A DNA stretch of 64,000 bases from Dehalococcoidia bacterium. Lineage in GTDB: Bacteria > Chloroflexota > Dehalococcoidia > Lucifugimonadales > UBA3495. A program made the position numbers and the translations under genes. Shown piece by piece: positions 1 to 8,627 of the stretch. The DNA lies in the NCBI GenBank assembly GCA_965203005.1, contig CBDBBS010000003.1, forward strand, positions 4,783-68,782. The letters are read 5' to 3'. The notes under the pieces are model-generated. The model saw only the letters and a list, made by a program, of their open reading frames with translations, did not search any database and was not told the DNA's origin. Position 1 is the first letter of the stretch, and each line of letters begins with the position of its first letter.

Positions 1-467
1 CGAGGAGTCTGACGTACTTCCAGGGGGCTATGTAGCAACCATTATACCTTTTGTGAAACCTTGTTGCAAATTTTCGACATCCTAAGTAACTGTTCAGAGT
101 CGGTGAGGGGAGTTGCCTGGAAGGAGTTTGACAATGGCTGGCGCTGGGTGGCGGTCACCGCCGGGATCTCCACCAACGAGACCGAGTTCCTAGCCAACAT
201 CGTCCTGCCCGACAACACCACCGCCGGCGAGTGGATGATACCCCAGATCGACCAGGCCTACCGCACCGGCGAGATGCCGCCCCTGTTGCTGGCCGCTGGA
301 AACTCTGATCGGAGGTCCTCCGGTCCCATTGCGCTGCCTCCCGCCTGAGCGCCGCGCCGGAGATTGGAACCGGCGTTCCGCTGTGGCACAATGGCACCGG
401 CGGGACGGTTCACGCCCCTGCACGACATGGGCGACTTGACTAACGACCTTCCGCCGGGGAGGCAACC

Positions 468-749
468 ATGCCGGAGCAGCGGAAACCCATCGTCACCGAG
501 TTGGCCCTGGCCGACGCCCTGGACCGGTTGGTGAACCTCATCGAGGAACTCAGGGCCGACGCGGACCTCCGCGTGGAGATCACCACCGACGAGACCTCTC
601 TGGTGAAGCTCGCCTTCTCCGGCACTCCCGACGTGGGCTTCGCCATGCGGCGGGAGGTCAGGGACCTTCCGGCCGAGGTGGTCCGCCGCGTCTGGAACGA
701 GGGCCTGCGCGACTACCAGATCATCCCCCGCCACCACCGCGCCCGCTGA
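468..749 (+). CDS. hypothetical small protein (93 aa)
   Basis: ATG ORF with GGGAGG about 7 nt upstream; no recognisable motif. Confidence 0.4.
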   Translation: MPEQRKPIVTELALADALDRLVNLIEELRADADLRVEITTDETSLVKLAFSGTPDVGFAMRREVRDLPAEVVRRVWNEGLRDYQIIPRHHRAR

Positions 750-762
750 TACCGCGGCCCGG

Positions 763-2319
763 TCAATCCAGGTAGTCCCGCAGCCGGGCCGACCGGGCCG
801 GCTGGCGCAGCTTCCGCATCGCATTCGCCTCGATCTGCCGGATCCGCTCCCGGGTCACCCCGAACACCTTCCCCACCTCCTCCAGCGTCTGCGGCTGGCC
901 GTCGTCCAGCCCGTAGCGCAGCCGCAGCACCCGGCTCTCCCGGTCCCCCAGCGCATCCAGGGCCTCCCGCAGCTGCTCCCGCAACAGGTTCTCCGACACC
1001 GCATCCTCCAGGGGCGGCGCGTTACGGTCCTCCACGAAGTCCCCCAGGAACGTATCCCCGTCCTCTCCCACCGGCAGATCCAGCGACACCGCCTCCCGGG
1101 CCGCCTGCCGCGCCCGCCTGATCCTCTCCACGCTCATCCCCAACGCCTCCGCCAATTCACCGTCCGTGGCGTCCCGTCCCAGCTCCTGCGCCATGATCCG
1201 TTCCTGACGCGTCAGCTTGTTGATGGTCTCCACCACGTGCACCGGCACCCGTATCGTGCGACCATGGTTGGCCACGGCGCGGGTGATCGCCTGCCGGATC
1301 CACCAGGTGGCGTAGGTGCTGAACTTGTAGCCCCGCCGGTGGTCGAACCTCTCCACGCCCCGGATCAGCCCCAGGTTTCCCTCCTGGACCAGGTCCAGCA
1401 GCGCCATCCCCCGGTTCTGGTACTTCCCCGCCACGCTGACCACCAGCCGCAGGTTGGCCTCCGCCAGGTGGTCGTGGGCCCGCTTCCCAGCCTCACGGGC
1501 CCGCTGGAAGTGTCGGACGACTTCCCCATTCACCGCCTCCATACGCTGGCTCAGCGACGGGTCCCCCAGCATCCGGGACAGCAGCCCCAGGGTGCACCGG
1601 TCCCGGTCATCGGGCTCCTCGGGATGCATCTCCATCCACACCGGCACGTGGGAGACAACGACGCCCACCGCCTCCGGCGGCAGCGACCGGGTGTCACGGG
1701 ACAGCCTCACGATACTCTCGTGGGCGTCGTCCTCGGCGACATCCAGTTCCCGGGCCACCCGTTCCGCCAGTTCGGGGCTGATCACACCGTCGATGGCGGC
1801 CCTGAACCGCGGGTGCGCACACGCGTCTTTCAGCGCCGGTGCCTCGTCCAGTCCCAGATGACGGGCCACGGCCTGAGCCACCGGTCCGGAGCCGGCAACG
1901 CGGGCCAACAGCAGCATGGCCTTCTCCCAGGGCGCAACCGTCAGCTCACCATCGGCGCTGGCATCGTCTCCATGGTCGTCGCCATCGCCCAGTCTCTGGG
2001 CCAGCTCCCGCTCCAGCTCCTCCAGGTGGCTGGCCAGTTCAATCTTGGCCGCCAGGTCCCGTTCCTCCGCCGCGGTCAGCAGCTCCACCCGGCCAATCTC
2101 CCGCATATACAAGCCCACCGGGTCGTCGGCAGTCTCGGCGTCGATAGCGGCCGCCTCCGCCTCGAACCAGTCCCAATCTTCCTCGGCGCCGCTTCGCCCC
2201 GCGCTGTGGATGTCCGTTATCTCCGCGGCGACCTTGCCAGCCAGATGGTCGTCCATGGCGACATCGGCAGCATCTTCCTCGGTGACCGCCGCGTCGTGGT
2301 CGGCGCTGGCACTAATCAT
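763..2319 (-). CDS. rpoD: RNA polymerase sigma-70 family factor, primary-like (group 1/2)
   Basis: Region 1.2 [16 protein letters not shown], region 2 [18 protein letters not shown], region 4.2 [19 protein letters not shown]. Acidic N-terminus and ~170-aa insert between regions 1.2 and 2.1. Confidence 0.9.
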   Translation of the reverse strand: MISASADHDAAVTEEDAADVAMDDHLAGKVAAEITDIHSAGRSGAEEDWDWFEAEAAAIDAETADDPVGLYMREIGRVELLTAAEERDLAAKIELASHLEELERELAQRLGDGDDHGDDASADGELTVAPWEKAMLLLARVAGSGPVAQAVARHLGLDEAPALKDACAHPRFRAAIDGVISPELAERVARELDVAEDDAHESIVRLSRDTRSLPPEAVGVVVSHVPVWMEMHPEEPDDRDRCTLGLLSRMLGDPSLSQRMEAVNGEVVRHFQRAREAGKRAHDHLAEANLRLVVSVAGKYQNRGMALLDLVQEGNLGLIRGVERFDHRRGYKFSTYATWWIRQAITRAVANHGRTIRVPVHVVETINKLTRQERIMAQELGRDATDGELAEALGMSVERIRRARQAAREAVSLDLPVGEDGDTFLGDFVEDRNAPPLEDAVSENLLREQLREALDALGDRESRVLRLRYGLDDGQPQTLEEVGKVFGVTRERIRQIEANAMRKLRQPARSARLRDYLD

Positions 2320-2432
2320 CCGGCATCATCTCCATGGCATCGTTCGGCGCTCTGGAAACAGCGCCAACTGCTGGGCTCTTTCCAAAACGGGACACCAAAA
2401 CACGTCCATCCTCGGGTGTGCGCCTCCGTCGG

Positions 2433-3134
2433 TCACAACGTCTCGTCGCCAATATCCCGGTGGTAACGGGCCAGCCGGCGACCGGTGAGCTCCGCCTGCT
2501 GCGCGTCCACCATCACCCCCGTGCTCATGTTGTGCTCTCGCAGCTCGGGCATCTTCATGCGGAACCCGCCTTGCCCCTGGGTTCCCTTCACCCGATTGCA
2601 GTAGTTGCACAGCAACTGCCAGTTCCTCACCTGATGCTCGCCGTCATCGCTCAGCGCCAGGATGTGGTCCACCTCGAAGCGCAGGTAGTGCGGCAGATGG
2701 ATGCCGCATCCCGGGCAAACACCGCGCTGGACGGTGTACAGACATATCCGCACCTCCTCGGAAACCTCGCGCCGTCGATTGCCTGCCCCACGGCGTCGCG
2801 GCGGCCGCTTCTCGTATACTTCCACCGGCTCCAGGTACTCCCGCAGCAACTCCACGTCCATGGGCAAGTCGGGCTCACGGTACAGGTAGCGGCCGCGGCC
2901 GACCCGAGTGATCAACTGCGGGGACGGTTTGCTGTGGGCCTGGGTGGTGCAACCCGCCAGGTCGCTAAGCTCCCTATTCACCAGGTTGCGGTCCCGCTTG
3001 GCAGCAGGATCGAAGCTCGCCACGCCCAGAGCAGCCACCCGCTCATAGATCTCCTCGGTGGCCAGGACGCGTCCCTGATTGGCCGCCATCACCTGCACGA
3101 TGTGAGGACGCAGGCTCGTCGCCGCCTTCATCAT
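2433..3134 (-). CDS. HNH endonuclease with N-terminal winged-helix (Mrr_N-like) domain
   Basis: CPGCG...EVDHILALSDDGEHQVRNWQLLCNYCNRVKG HNH motif. Start moved to the ATGATG at 3134; the track ORF runs to 3419 and overlaps the TnpB remnant. Confidence 0.8.
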   Translation of the reverse strand: MMKAATSLRPHIVQVMAANQGRVLATEEIYERVAALGVASFDPAAKRDRNLVNRELSDLAGCTTQAHSKPSPQLITRVGRGRYLYREPDLPMDVELLREYLEPVEVYEKRPPRRRGAGNRRREVSEEVRICLYTVQRGVCPGCGIHLPHYLRFEVDHILALSDDGEHQVRNWQLLCNYCNRVKGTQGQGGFRMKMPELREHNMSTGVMVDAQQAELTGRRLARYHRDIGDETL

Positions 3135-3267
3135 CTGCACCTCTGCTACCGTCGTTTCAAGCGGGGATTTTACACGCTGGGCCGTTCGATTTCTTGGACG
3201 AGGAAAGTACAGATGGTGTCTTCGACAACTGTACAACACGACAGGCGAGTGTTGGTTAGCGTTCAAC

Positions 3268-4404
3268 ATGGTGGCCAATGACCAGGCTGGACGGGATCCC
3301 GGTCTCTGGCTCACGCCACATGAACTGGAGAAGGAGTTCAACGCCGTCAAGCACGTCAATCCGTCGCTGAACTTCGTGACGGAGGTGAGCAAGTTCGTGG
3401 CCCAGGGCGCGTGTCGCAACTACCGCAACGCCCGGTCCCGCTGGCTGAACAAGGACATCAAAGCGCGCCGGCCGGTCTTTCACAAGAAGAGGCGCACCGG
3501 CACCGGTGCGTTCCTGGCCGCATCAGGCGTGAAGCTCATCCGCTACGACGGCCACCGGCGCATCCGGCTACCCTACATGGGCAGCGTGAAGATGACCCGC
3601 GCGTTGCCGGACGGCATCCCATACGAGGTCACCATCAGGAAGCGCAACGGCCGCTGGTGGGCCAGCGTCGCCTACTGGAAACGGCCCGTGGCACCGCCCC
3701 AGCGAGAAACCCAATCGGTGGGCGGCGTGGACGTGGGCATCAACCCTCTGGCGGTGGACAGCGACCACGTGCATTACGAGAACCCGAAGGCGCTGGAAAA
3801 CGCGCTCTGCAGACTGCGCCGGTGGCAGCGGGCCCAGGCCCGCCGTACACCGGGCAGCCGCGGCTGGTGGGAAGCACAACGCCGCATCGACCGCGCTCAT
3901 CGGCGAGCCAAGGGACTGCGGGACAATGTCCATCATCACGTCAGCCGGGCATTGGTCGGGAAGTACCACACCATTGGCATAGAAAGCCTCAACGTGGCCG
4001 GCATGATCAGAGCTGGTCTGCAATCCAAGGCCCTCTCCGATGCCGGAATGTCCAGCCTGCTGGGCCAGATCCGCTACAAGGCGGACTGGTACGGCACCGA
4101 GATCATCGAGGCCGACCAGTGGTATCCCAGCAGCAAGACCTGCTCGGCCTGCGGCGCGGTGAACTCAGAACTGGGTCGGGAACCCAAGTGGTCCTGCCCC
4201 AGTTGCGGCGTCATTCACGACCGCAACGAGAACGCAGCTCGCAACCTGGGTAAACTTGCGCTACTCGCGGTAGGCGAGGATGTGATGCTCCTGGACGGGG
4301 GAGCGCTGGCTGGCGGTGATGCCATCGCCGGTGAAACTGCCCCGGATGAAGGGAGAACCAAGGCGAGAACAGCGGTCAACACCCAGCTCAGGCTGGCTCT
4401 GTAA
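3268..4404 (+). CDS. tnpB: TnpB (IS607-associated type), copy 1, lacks ~50 N-terminal aa and has no tnpA; possibly a pseudogene
   Basis: ~85% aa identity by eye to the full copy at 43213-44502. RuvC motifs VGGVDVGINPLAV, IGIESLNVAGM, HDRNENAARNL; Zn ribbon CSACG...CPSCG. Degraded, frameshifted homology continues upstream of 3268. Confidence 0.8.
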   Translation: MVANDQAGRDPGLWLTPHELEKEFNAVKHVNPSLNFVTEVSKFVAQGACRNYRNARSRWLNKDIKARRPVFHKKRRTGTGAFLAASGVKLIRYDGHRRIRLPYMGSVKMTRALPDGIPYEVTIRKRNGRWWASVAYWKRPVAPPQRETQSVGGVDVGINPLAVDSDHVHYENPKALENALCRLRRWQRAQARRTPGSRGWWEAQRRIDRAHRRAKGLRDNVHHHVSRALVGKYHTIGIESLNVAGMIRAGLQSKALSDAGMSSLLGQIRYKADWYGTEIIEADQWYPSSKTCSACGAVNSELGREPKWSCPSCGVIHDRNENAARNLGKLALLAVGEDVMLLDGGALAGGDAIAGETAPDEGRTKARTAVNTQLRLAL

Positions 4405-4429
4405 CCATTATTACTCATTTGGATTACCC
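4200..4429 (+). ncRNA. IS607-type right end with putative omega-RNA (reRNA) scaffold, copy 1
   Basis: Near-identical ~230-nt 3' segment in three loci (4200-4429, 43188-43417, 54825-55098). All end ...TAACCATTRTTACTCATTTGGAWTACCC. Position matches known TnpB omega-RNAs (3' end of tnpB plus RE). Confidence 0.35.
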
Positions 4430-4864
4430 TTGGAGTTCGTCCAATACAACCACGGGCAGACCGGGGACACGTCGGAAGGCGCTGTCGTTGGTAACGAATA
4501 GGGAGCAACGTTCCTGGATGCTCGTTGCCGCGTGCAGTGCGTCCGGCGTGCGCAGGTTCAGGGCGGCGCGTATTTCGGCGGCAGCTTCCCAGAGTGCGCG
4601 GGTGGTCGGCACCAGCCGCACCTCGCTGGAGTTGAGCAGATCTCGGAAGAGCCTTTCGAGCACTGCGTCGCCCTCACGCAGCGGCTTGACCATGGTCTCT
4701 ACGATGGACAACTCACTGGTGACGACCGACGACTGGCCAGTTTGGGCCCGTCGCCACACTGGTTCCAGCATCTCACGATAAGGCTCAATCCGCTCCACAC
4801 TGTAGATGAAGCCGCAGGCGTCCATGTAGATCGGACCACTGTCGGGCAGCGTCATGGCCCCCAT
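4424..4864 (-). CDS. vapC: PIN-domain toxin (VapC-like)
   Basis: Acidic PIN residues in YMDACGF, SELSIVE, TPDALHAAT, FVTNDSAF. Overlaps the upstream antitoxin gene. Confidence 0.8.
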   Translation of the reverse strand: MGAMTLPDSGPIYMDACGFIYSVERIEPYREMLEPVWRRAQTGQSSVVTSELSIVETMVKPLREGDAVLERLFRDLLNSSEVRLVPTTRALWEAAAEIRAALNLRTPDALHAATSIQERCSLFVTNDSAFRRVPGLPVVVLDELQG

Positions 4865-5085
4865 GAGTCCCGCTCGGACTCCAGGTGGTTAGCGACGTCT
4901 TGTGCGGTTTCGAAGAGGCGGTGTCCGGGCGCTTCGGCCAGTACGTCAACAGCCGACCTTCGTGGGACAGGAGAGGAAGCGGTCACCAGTATGTCGACGG
5001 TTTCGCCGTCGGCCAAGTCTTGGTCCACGATCACGATCTTGCCGCCTGGCAATACTGTTGTTTGCAGGTGCAACGGTCTTTGCAT
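4852..5085 (-). CDS. AbrB/SpoVT-like antitoxin (VapB-like)
   Basis: 77-aa ORF from ATG 5085 (LPGGKIVIVDQDLADGETVDILV), overlapping vapC by 13 nt. Confidence 0.6.
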   Translation of the reverse strand: MQRPLHLQTTVLPGGKIVIVDQDLADGETVDILVTASSPVPRRSAVDVLAEAPGHRLFETAQDVANHLESERDSWGP

Positions 5086-5322
5086 GGGTCTCGCTCCCGT
5101 GCGGCGGCGTGCTGGACGGCCCGAGCACCAATGAAGCGACGAGGCCATCGTAGCAAGGCGAGGCTGGGCGGTCAAAGCGCGGATGTCGAGTATAACTGTT
5201 CACGTTTGATGGGCGTGACCTGATGACCTTATGTTAATATGCATTAAGATCGCCATGCACCATATAATCCCGTCCCGGGCTCCCACCAGGCCCGGCCTTT
5301 CACACGCCATTCGAGGTGGGGA

Positions 5323-7695
5323 ATGGAACCCAACGATGAGCTTGTCCAGGAGAACCGGGCCCTGCGGGGCCGGCTGCATCACCTGGCCGAGGCGAGCCTG
5401 CGCATCAACGAGAGCCTGGACTACGACGTCGTCCTTCAGGAAGTGATCGACAACGCCCGCTACCTCACCGGCTCCCGCTACGGCGTCATCGCCTCCCTGG
5501 ATGAAGCCGGCGGCCTGGACACAGTCCTGAGTTCGGGGACGACCGAAGCCGAGCACCAGCAGCTCATGGAAGTGCCGGAAGGGCTGAAGATCTTCGAGCA
5601 TTTCCGACAACTCAGCGTGCCGACCAACGAGGCCAGCTACCATGCATACGCCACGTCGGTGGGGCTGAATACCGATATCCCCCTACATGTGGGGCGTTTT
5701 CTGTCGGCGCCAATCAAACATCAGCGGGGGTCCGTGGGGACCGTCTACCTGGGCCGCGAGCCGGACGGCAGGGAATTCAGCGAGGAGGACGTGGAGACGC
5801 TGGTCACCTTCGCCTCCCAGGCGGCGCTGGTCATCGCCAACGCCCGCCGGTACCGGGACGAGCAACGGGCGCGGAATGACCTTGAGGCATTGATCGACAC
5901 CTGTCCAATGGGAGTGATCGTCTTCGACGCCCGGACGGGAGCGCCGGTATCGTTCAACCGGGAGGCCGTGAGAATCGCGGAGACCCTGATGGCGCCGGAG
6001 CATCCCACGGAGCAACTCCTGGAAGCGGTGCTGGTCAGGCGGAGCGACGGACGAGAGTTTCCCCTGCAGGACCTCTACATGGCAGAGGTGCTCAGCGCCG
6101 GCCAGACCGTGCGGGCCGAGGAGATACTCCTGACCGGGCCGGACGGACGCTCCTTGAACGCGCTGGTCAACGCGACGACCAGCACATCGGAGCAGGGAAA
6201 GGTCGAGCGGGTGGTGGTCACGCTACAGGACTTGACGGCCCTGGAAGACATGGAGCGGCTGCGGGCCGAGTTTCTGGCCATGGTGAGCCACGAGTTGCGC
6301 ACTCCGCTGTCCACGGTCCGGGGCTCGGTCTCCGCGCTTTTGGACGAGGTTTCCCAGATGCACCCCACCGAGGTGCGCCAGTTCCATCGGATCATCCTGG
6401 AGCAAACCGACCGGATGCGGGCGCTGATTGCAGACCTGCTGGACGTGGTCCGCATTGAGACCGGCACCTTACCCATCTCCCCGGAGCCGACGGACCTTGC
6501 GGCTCTGGTGGACGATGCCGGTAATGCCTTCCGACTGGCCGGGAGCCGGCACAACCTGCGCATCGATATCCCGCCCGACCTCCCCTGGGTCATGGCGGAT
6601 CGGTTCCGCATCGTACAGGTTCTGAGCAACCTGTTGACCAACGCTGGCCGGCACTCGCCGGACTCGTCCACCATCACGGTGAGCGCGGCGCCGGGCAACC
6701 TCCACGTGTCAGTGTCGGTTGCCGACAAGGGCCAGGGCATACCGGCCGAAAGGCTGCCCTTCCTGTTTCGGAAGTTCTCCCGCATCGACAGCGAGGAGCA
6801 GGGCGGCGACACCGGGTTGGGCCTCGCCGTCTGCAAGGGGATCGTGGAGGCCCATGGAGGTCGCATCGGAGCCATCAGCGAAGGGCTGGGCCGGGGTGCG
6901 CTGTTCACCTTCACACTTCCCACCGTCGAAGAGTCCGGGTTCATCTCTCCGGCCTTGCCTACTCAGCTCACCACGCGCCCCTCGCGCAGTTCCGTGGAGG
7001 AACAGGTCCGCATCCTGGCGGTCGACGACGATCCCCAGGCCCTCCGGTACATTCGCGACGCACTGGCCGGGTCCGGCTATGTGGTGGTCGCCACCGGCAA
7101 CCCCCAGGAGGTGTTGCGCCTCATGTCTGAGGAAAAGCCGGAACTGGTCCTCCTCGACCTCATGCTGCCCGGCGTCGACGGTATCGAGCTGATGCAGGAG
7201 ATCATGAACCAGGGCGACGTACCGGTCATCTTCGTGTCGGCCTACGGCCAGGACAACCTGGTGGCCCGGGCATTCGAGATGGGCGCCGACGATTACGTGG
7301 TCAAGCCCTTTTCGCCCACCGAGTTGGTCGCCCGCATCAGGGCGTCCCTCCGCCGGCGGGCGATGCCCGAGCCGCGGACTCCCTACGTGCGGGGAGACCT
7401 GACCATCAATTACGTGGAACGCCGCGTGACGCTCCAAGGACACCCGGTGCACCTGACCGCCATCGAGTACCGGCTCATCGCTGAGCTGTCGGCCAATGCC
7501 GGACACGTTCTCACCTACCAACACCTGCTGAGAAGGGTGTGGGGCGCCGACGGGCACGGTGACATGCGGCCGATGCGCACCGCCATCAGCGCCATACGCC
7601 ACAAGCTGGGCGACAACGCTGAAGAACCCGCCTACATCCTGACTGAGTTTCGCACCGGCTACCTGATGCCCAGGCCAGATCCGTCAGGAAATTAA
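5323..7695 (+). CDS. Hybrid sensor kinase fused to a complete OmpR-type response regulator (GAF-PAS-HisKA-HATPase-REC-wHTH)
   Basis: H-box FLAMVSHELRTPL, G-boxes DKGQGIP / GDTGLGLAVCKGIVEAHGG, REC ILAVDDD...LVLLDLMLPGVDG...VKPF, wHTH LTAIEYRLIAEL...ILTEFRTGY. GAGGTGGGG RBS. Confidence 0.9.
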   Translation: MEPNDELVQENRALRGRLHHLAEASLRINESLDYDVVLQEVIDNARYLTGSRYGVIASLDEAGGLDTVLSSGTTEAEHQQLMEVPEGLKIFEHFRQLSVPTNEASYHAYATSVGLNTDIPLHVGRFLSAPIKHQRGSVGTVYLGREPDGREFSEEDVETLVTFASQAALVIANARRYRDEQRARNDLEALIDTCPMGVIVFDARTGAPVSFNREAVRIAETLMAPEHPTEQLLEAVLVRRSDGREFPLQDLYMAEVLSAGQTVRAEEILLTGPDGRSLNALVNATTSTSEQGKVERVVVTLQDLTALEDMERLRAEFLAMVSHELRTPLSTVRGSVSALLDEVSQMHPTEVRQFHRIILEQTDRMRALIADLLDVVRIETGTLPISPEPTDLAALVDDAGNAFRLAGSRHNLRIDIPPDLPWVMADRFRIVQVLSNLLTNAGRHSPDSSTITVSAAPGNLHVSVSVADKGQGIPAERLPFLFRKFSRIDSEEQGGDTGLGLAVCKGIVEAHGGRIGAISEGLGRGALFTFTLPTVEESGFISPALPTQLTTRPSRSSVEEQVRILAVDDDPQALRYIRDALAGSGYVVVATGNPQEVLRLMSEEKPELVLLDLMLPGVDGIELMQEIMNQGDVPVIFVSAYGQDNLVARAFEMGADDYVVKPFSPTELVARIRASLRRRAMPEPRTPYVRGDLTINYVERRVTLQGHPVHLTAIEYRLIAELSANAGHVLTYQHLLRRVWGADGHGDMRPMRTAISAIRHKLGDNAEEPAYILTEFRTGYLMPRPDPSGN

Positions 7696-7729
7696 CAACC
7701 GGCATGGTTGGCCGATCTAATACAAACAA

Positions 7730-7753
7730 GCCCCCGCCGTTGCCGACGGGGGC
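7730..7753. terminator. GC-rich hairpin between convergent genes (candidate bidirectional terminator)
   Basis: GCCCCCGCCG-TTG-CCGACGGGGGC, one mismatch, between the kinase stop (7695) and the collagen-like stop (7814). Confidence 0.5.
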
Positions 7754-7813
7754 TCGCTTTCGGATCGTCAGTCGCCGGGCGGACGAGCAACGATCCAGAA
7801 GGCCTGTAGGAGA

Positions 7814-8506
7814 CTACGCGGTGGTGCGCCGTCCCATGATGATGGCCGCCACGCCGATGATCGCGGCCACGATGGCCACGACCAGCGCGATGATGCCCAT
7901 GGAACCACCGGAACCGGCCGGGCCGATGGTACCGGCGGGACCCTGCGGACCCGGAGGACCCGGAGGCCCCGCGATGCCCTGCTCGCCCTGGGGACCCGCA
8001 GGGCCAGCCTCGCCAGGGGCTCCGTCGCGGCCATCGTGACCGTCGTGGCCGTCGGCTCCGTCAGCCCCGGCGGGACCCGGAACGCCCGGAGGACCCGCCG
8101 CGCCGGACGGTCCCGGAGGCCCCATGGCGCCGTCCTGGGCGGCCAGGTCGGCGGCCAAGATCAAGTTAGGCTGGCGGTCGCCGCTCATCCAGGTGTACTC
8201 GTAGTCCACCGTGCGCTCGCCGACCATGAACGTCACCATGGCGTCCATGTCCATGGGCTGCATCAGCTGCATCTCGTAGTGGCCGCCCTGCTCGACCATG
8301 GCCGAACCGATCTTCTCGTCGCCAGCCATGGCGACCACCATCGTTCCTTCGGGCACGGGCAGGCCGTCGGCCATGGCGTAGCCGAATATGAAGGCGGGGG
8401 GCACGTTGGCCCGCGGCGCATCTCCCTGGGCCGCAACCAGGCCCAGGGGCAATGCGATCAGCAGGGCAATCAACGCCACCGCCGCCATCGCTCCAATTCT
8501 CTTCAT
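7814..8506 (-). CDS. Collagen-like triple-helix repeat protein with signal peptide and C-terminal TM anchor
   Basis: Start ATG 8506 after AGGAG. Signal [28 protein letters not shown]; ~75 aa of uninterrupted GXY ([19 protein letters not shown]...); C-terminal [23 protein letters not shown]. Confidence 0.8.
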   Translation of the reverse strand: MKRIGAMAAVALIALLIALPLGLVAAQGDAPRANVPPAFIFGYAMADGLPVPEGTMVVAMAGDEKIGSAMVEQGGHYEMQLMQPMDMDAMVTFMVGERTVDYEYTWMSGDRQPNLILAADLAAQDGAMGPPGPSGAAGPPGVPGPAGADGADGHDGHDGRDGAPGEAGPAGPQGEQGIAGPPGPPGPQGPAGTIGPAGSGGSMGIIALVVAIVAAIIGVAAIIMGRRTTA

Positions 8507-8533
8507 CTCTTTCGCTCCTGCTTGGGGTGGTCC

Positions 8534-8569
8534 CCCCCGCTCCCGCAGCGCAGGCCACGGGAGCGGGGG
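8534..8569 (-). terminator. Perfect 12-bp stem hairpin downstream of the 844-aa gene
   Basis: CCCCCGCTCCCG-N12-CGGGAGCGGGGG; no U tract. Confidence 0.4.
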
Positions 8570-8627
8570 CGCTTTACTGGACACTCATTCAGCCGGTTGG
8601 CGGTCGCTCCCCTGGGGGGACGACGGC

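Noticed and set aside
61-348. 95-aa ORF at the window edge
   Set aside because: It has a non-ATG start, no RBS, no motif, and an upstream in-frame stop at 10-12. Coding status cannot be supported.
1237-2466. Very long ORFs antisense to clear genes (1237-2466, 8826-9782, 11496-13202, 13534-15657, 20002-21864, 24018-25013, 36783-38516, 48513-49988, 60995-62938 and others)
   Set aside because: They are typical GC-rich shadow ORFs. Their products are low-complexity (R/G/A/P/H-rich) with no motifs, and each lies opposite a gene with strong family signatures.
7880-8160. DNA-level periodic repeats (9-bp GXY periodicity here; ACGCCG-type (TP)n runs at ~23870-23900 and ~24620-24660)
   Set aside because: These follow from collagen-like and Thr-Pro linker coding sequence and are not independent repeat features.
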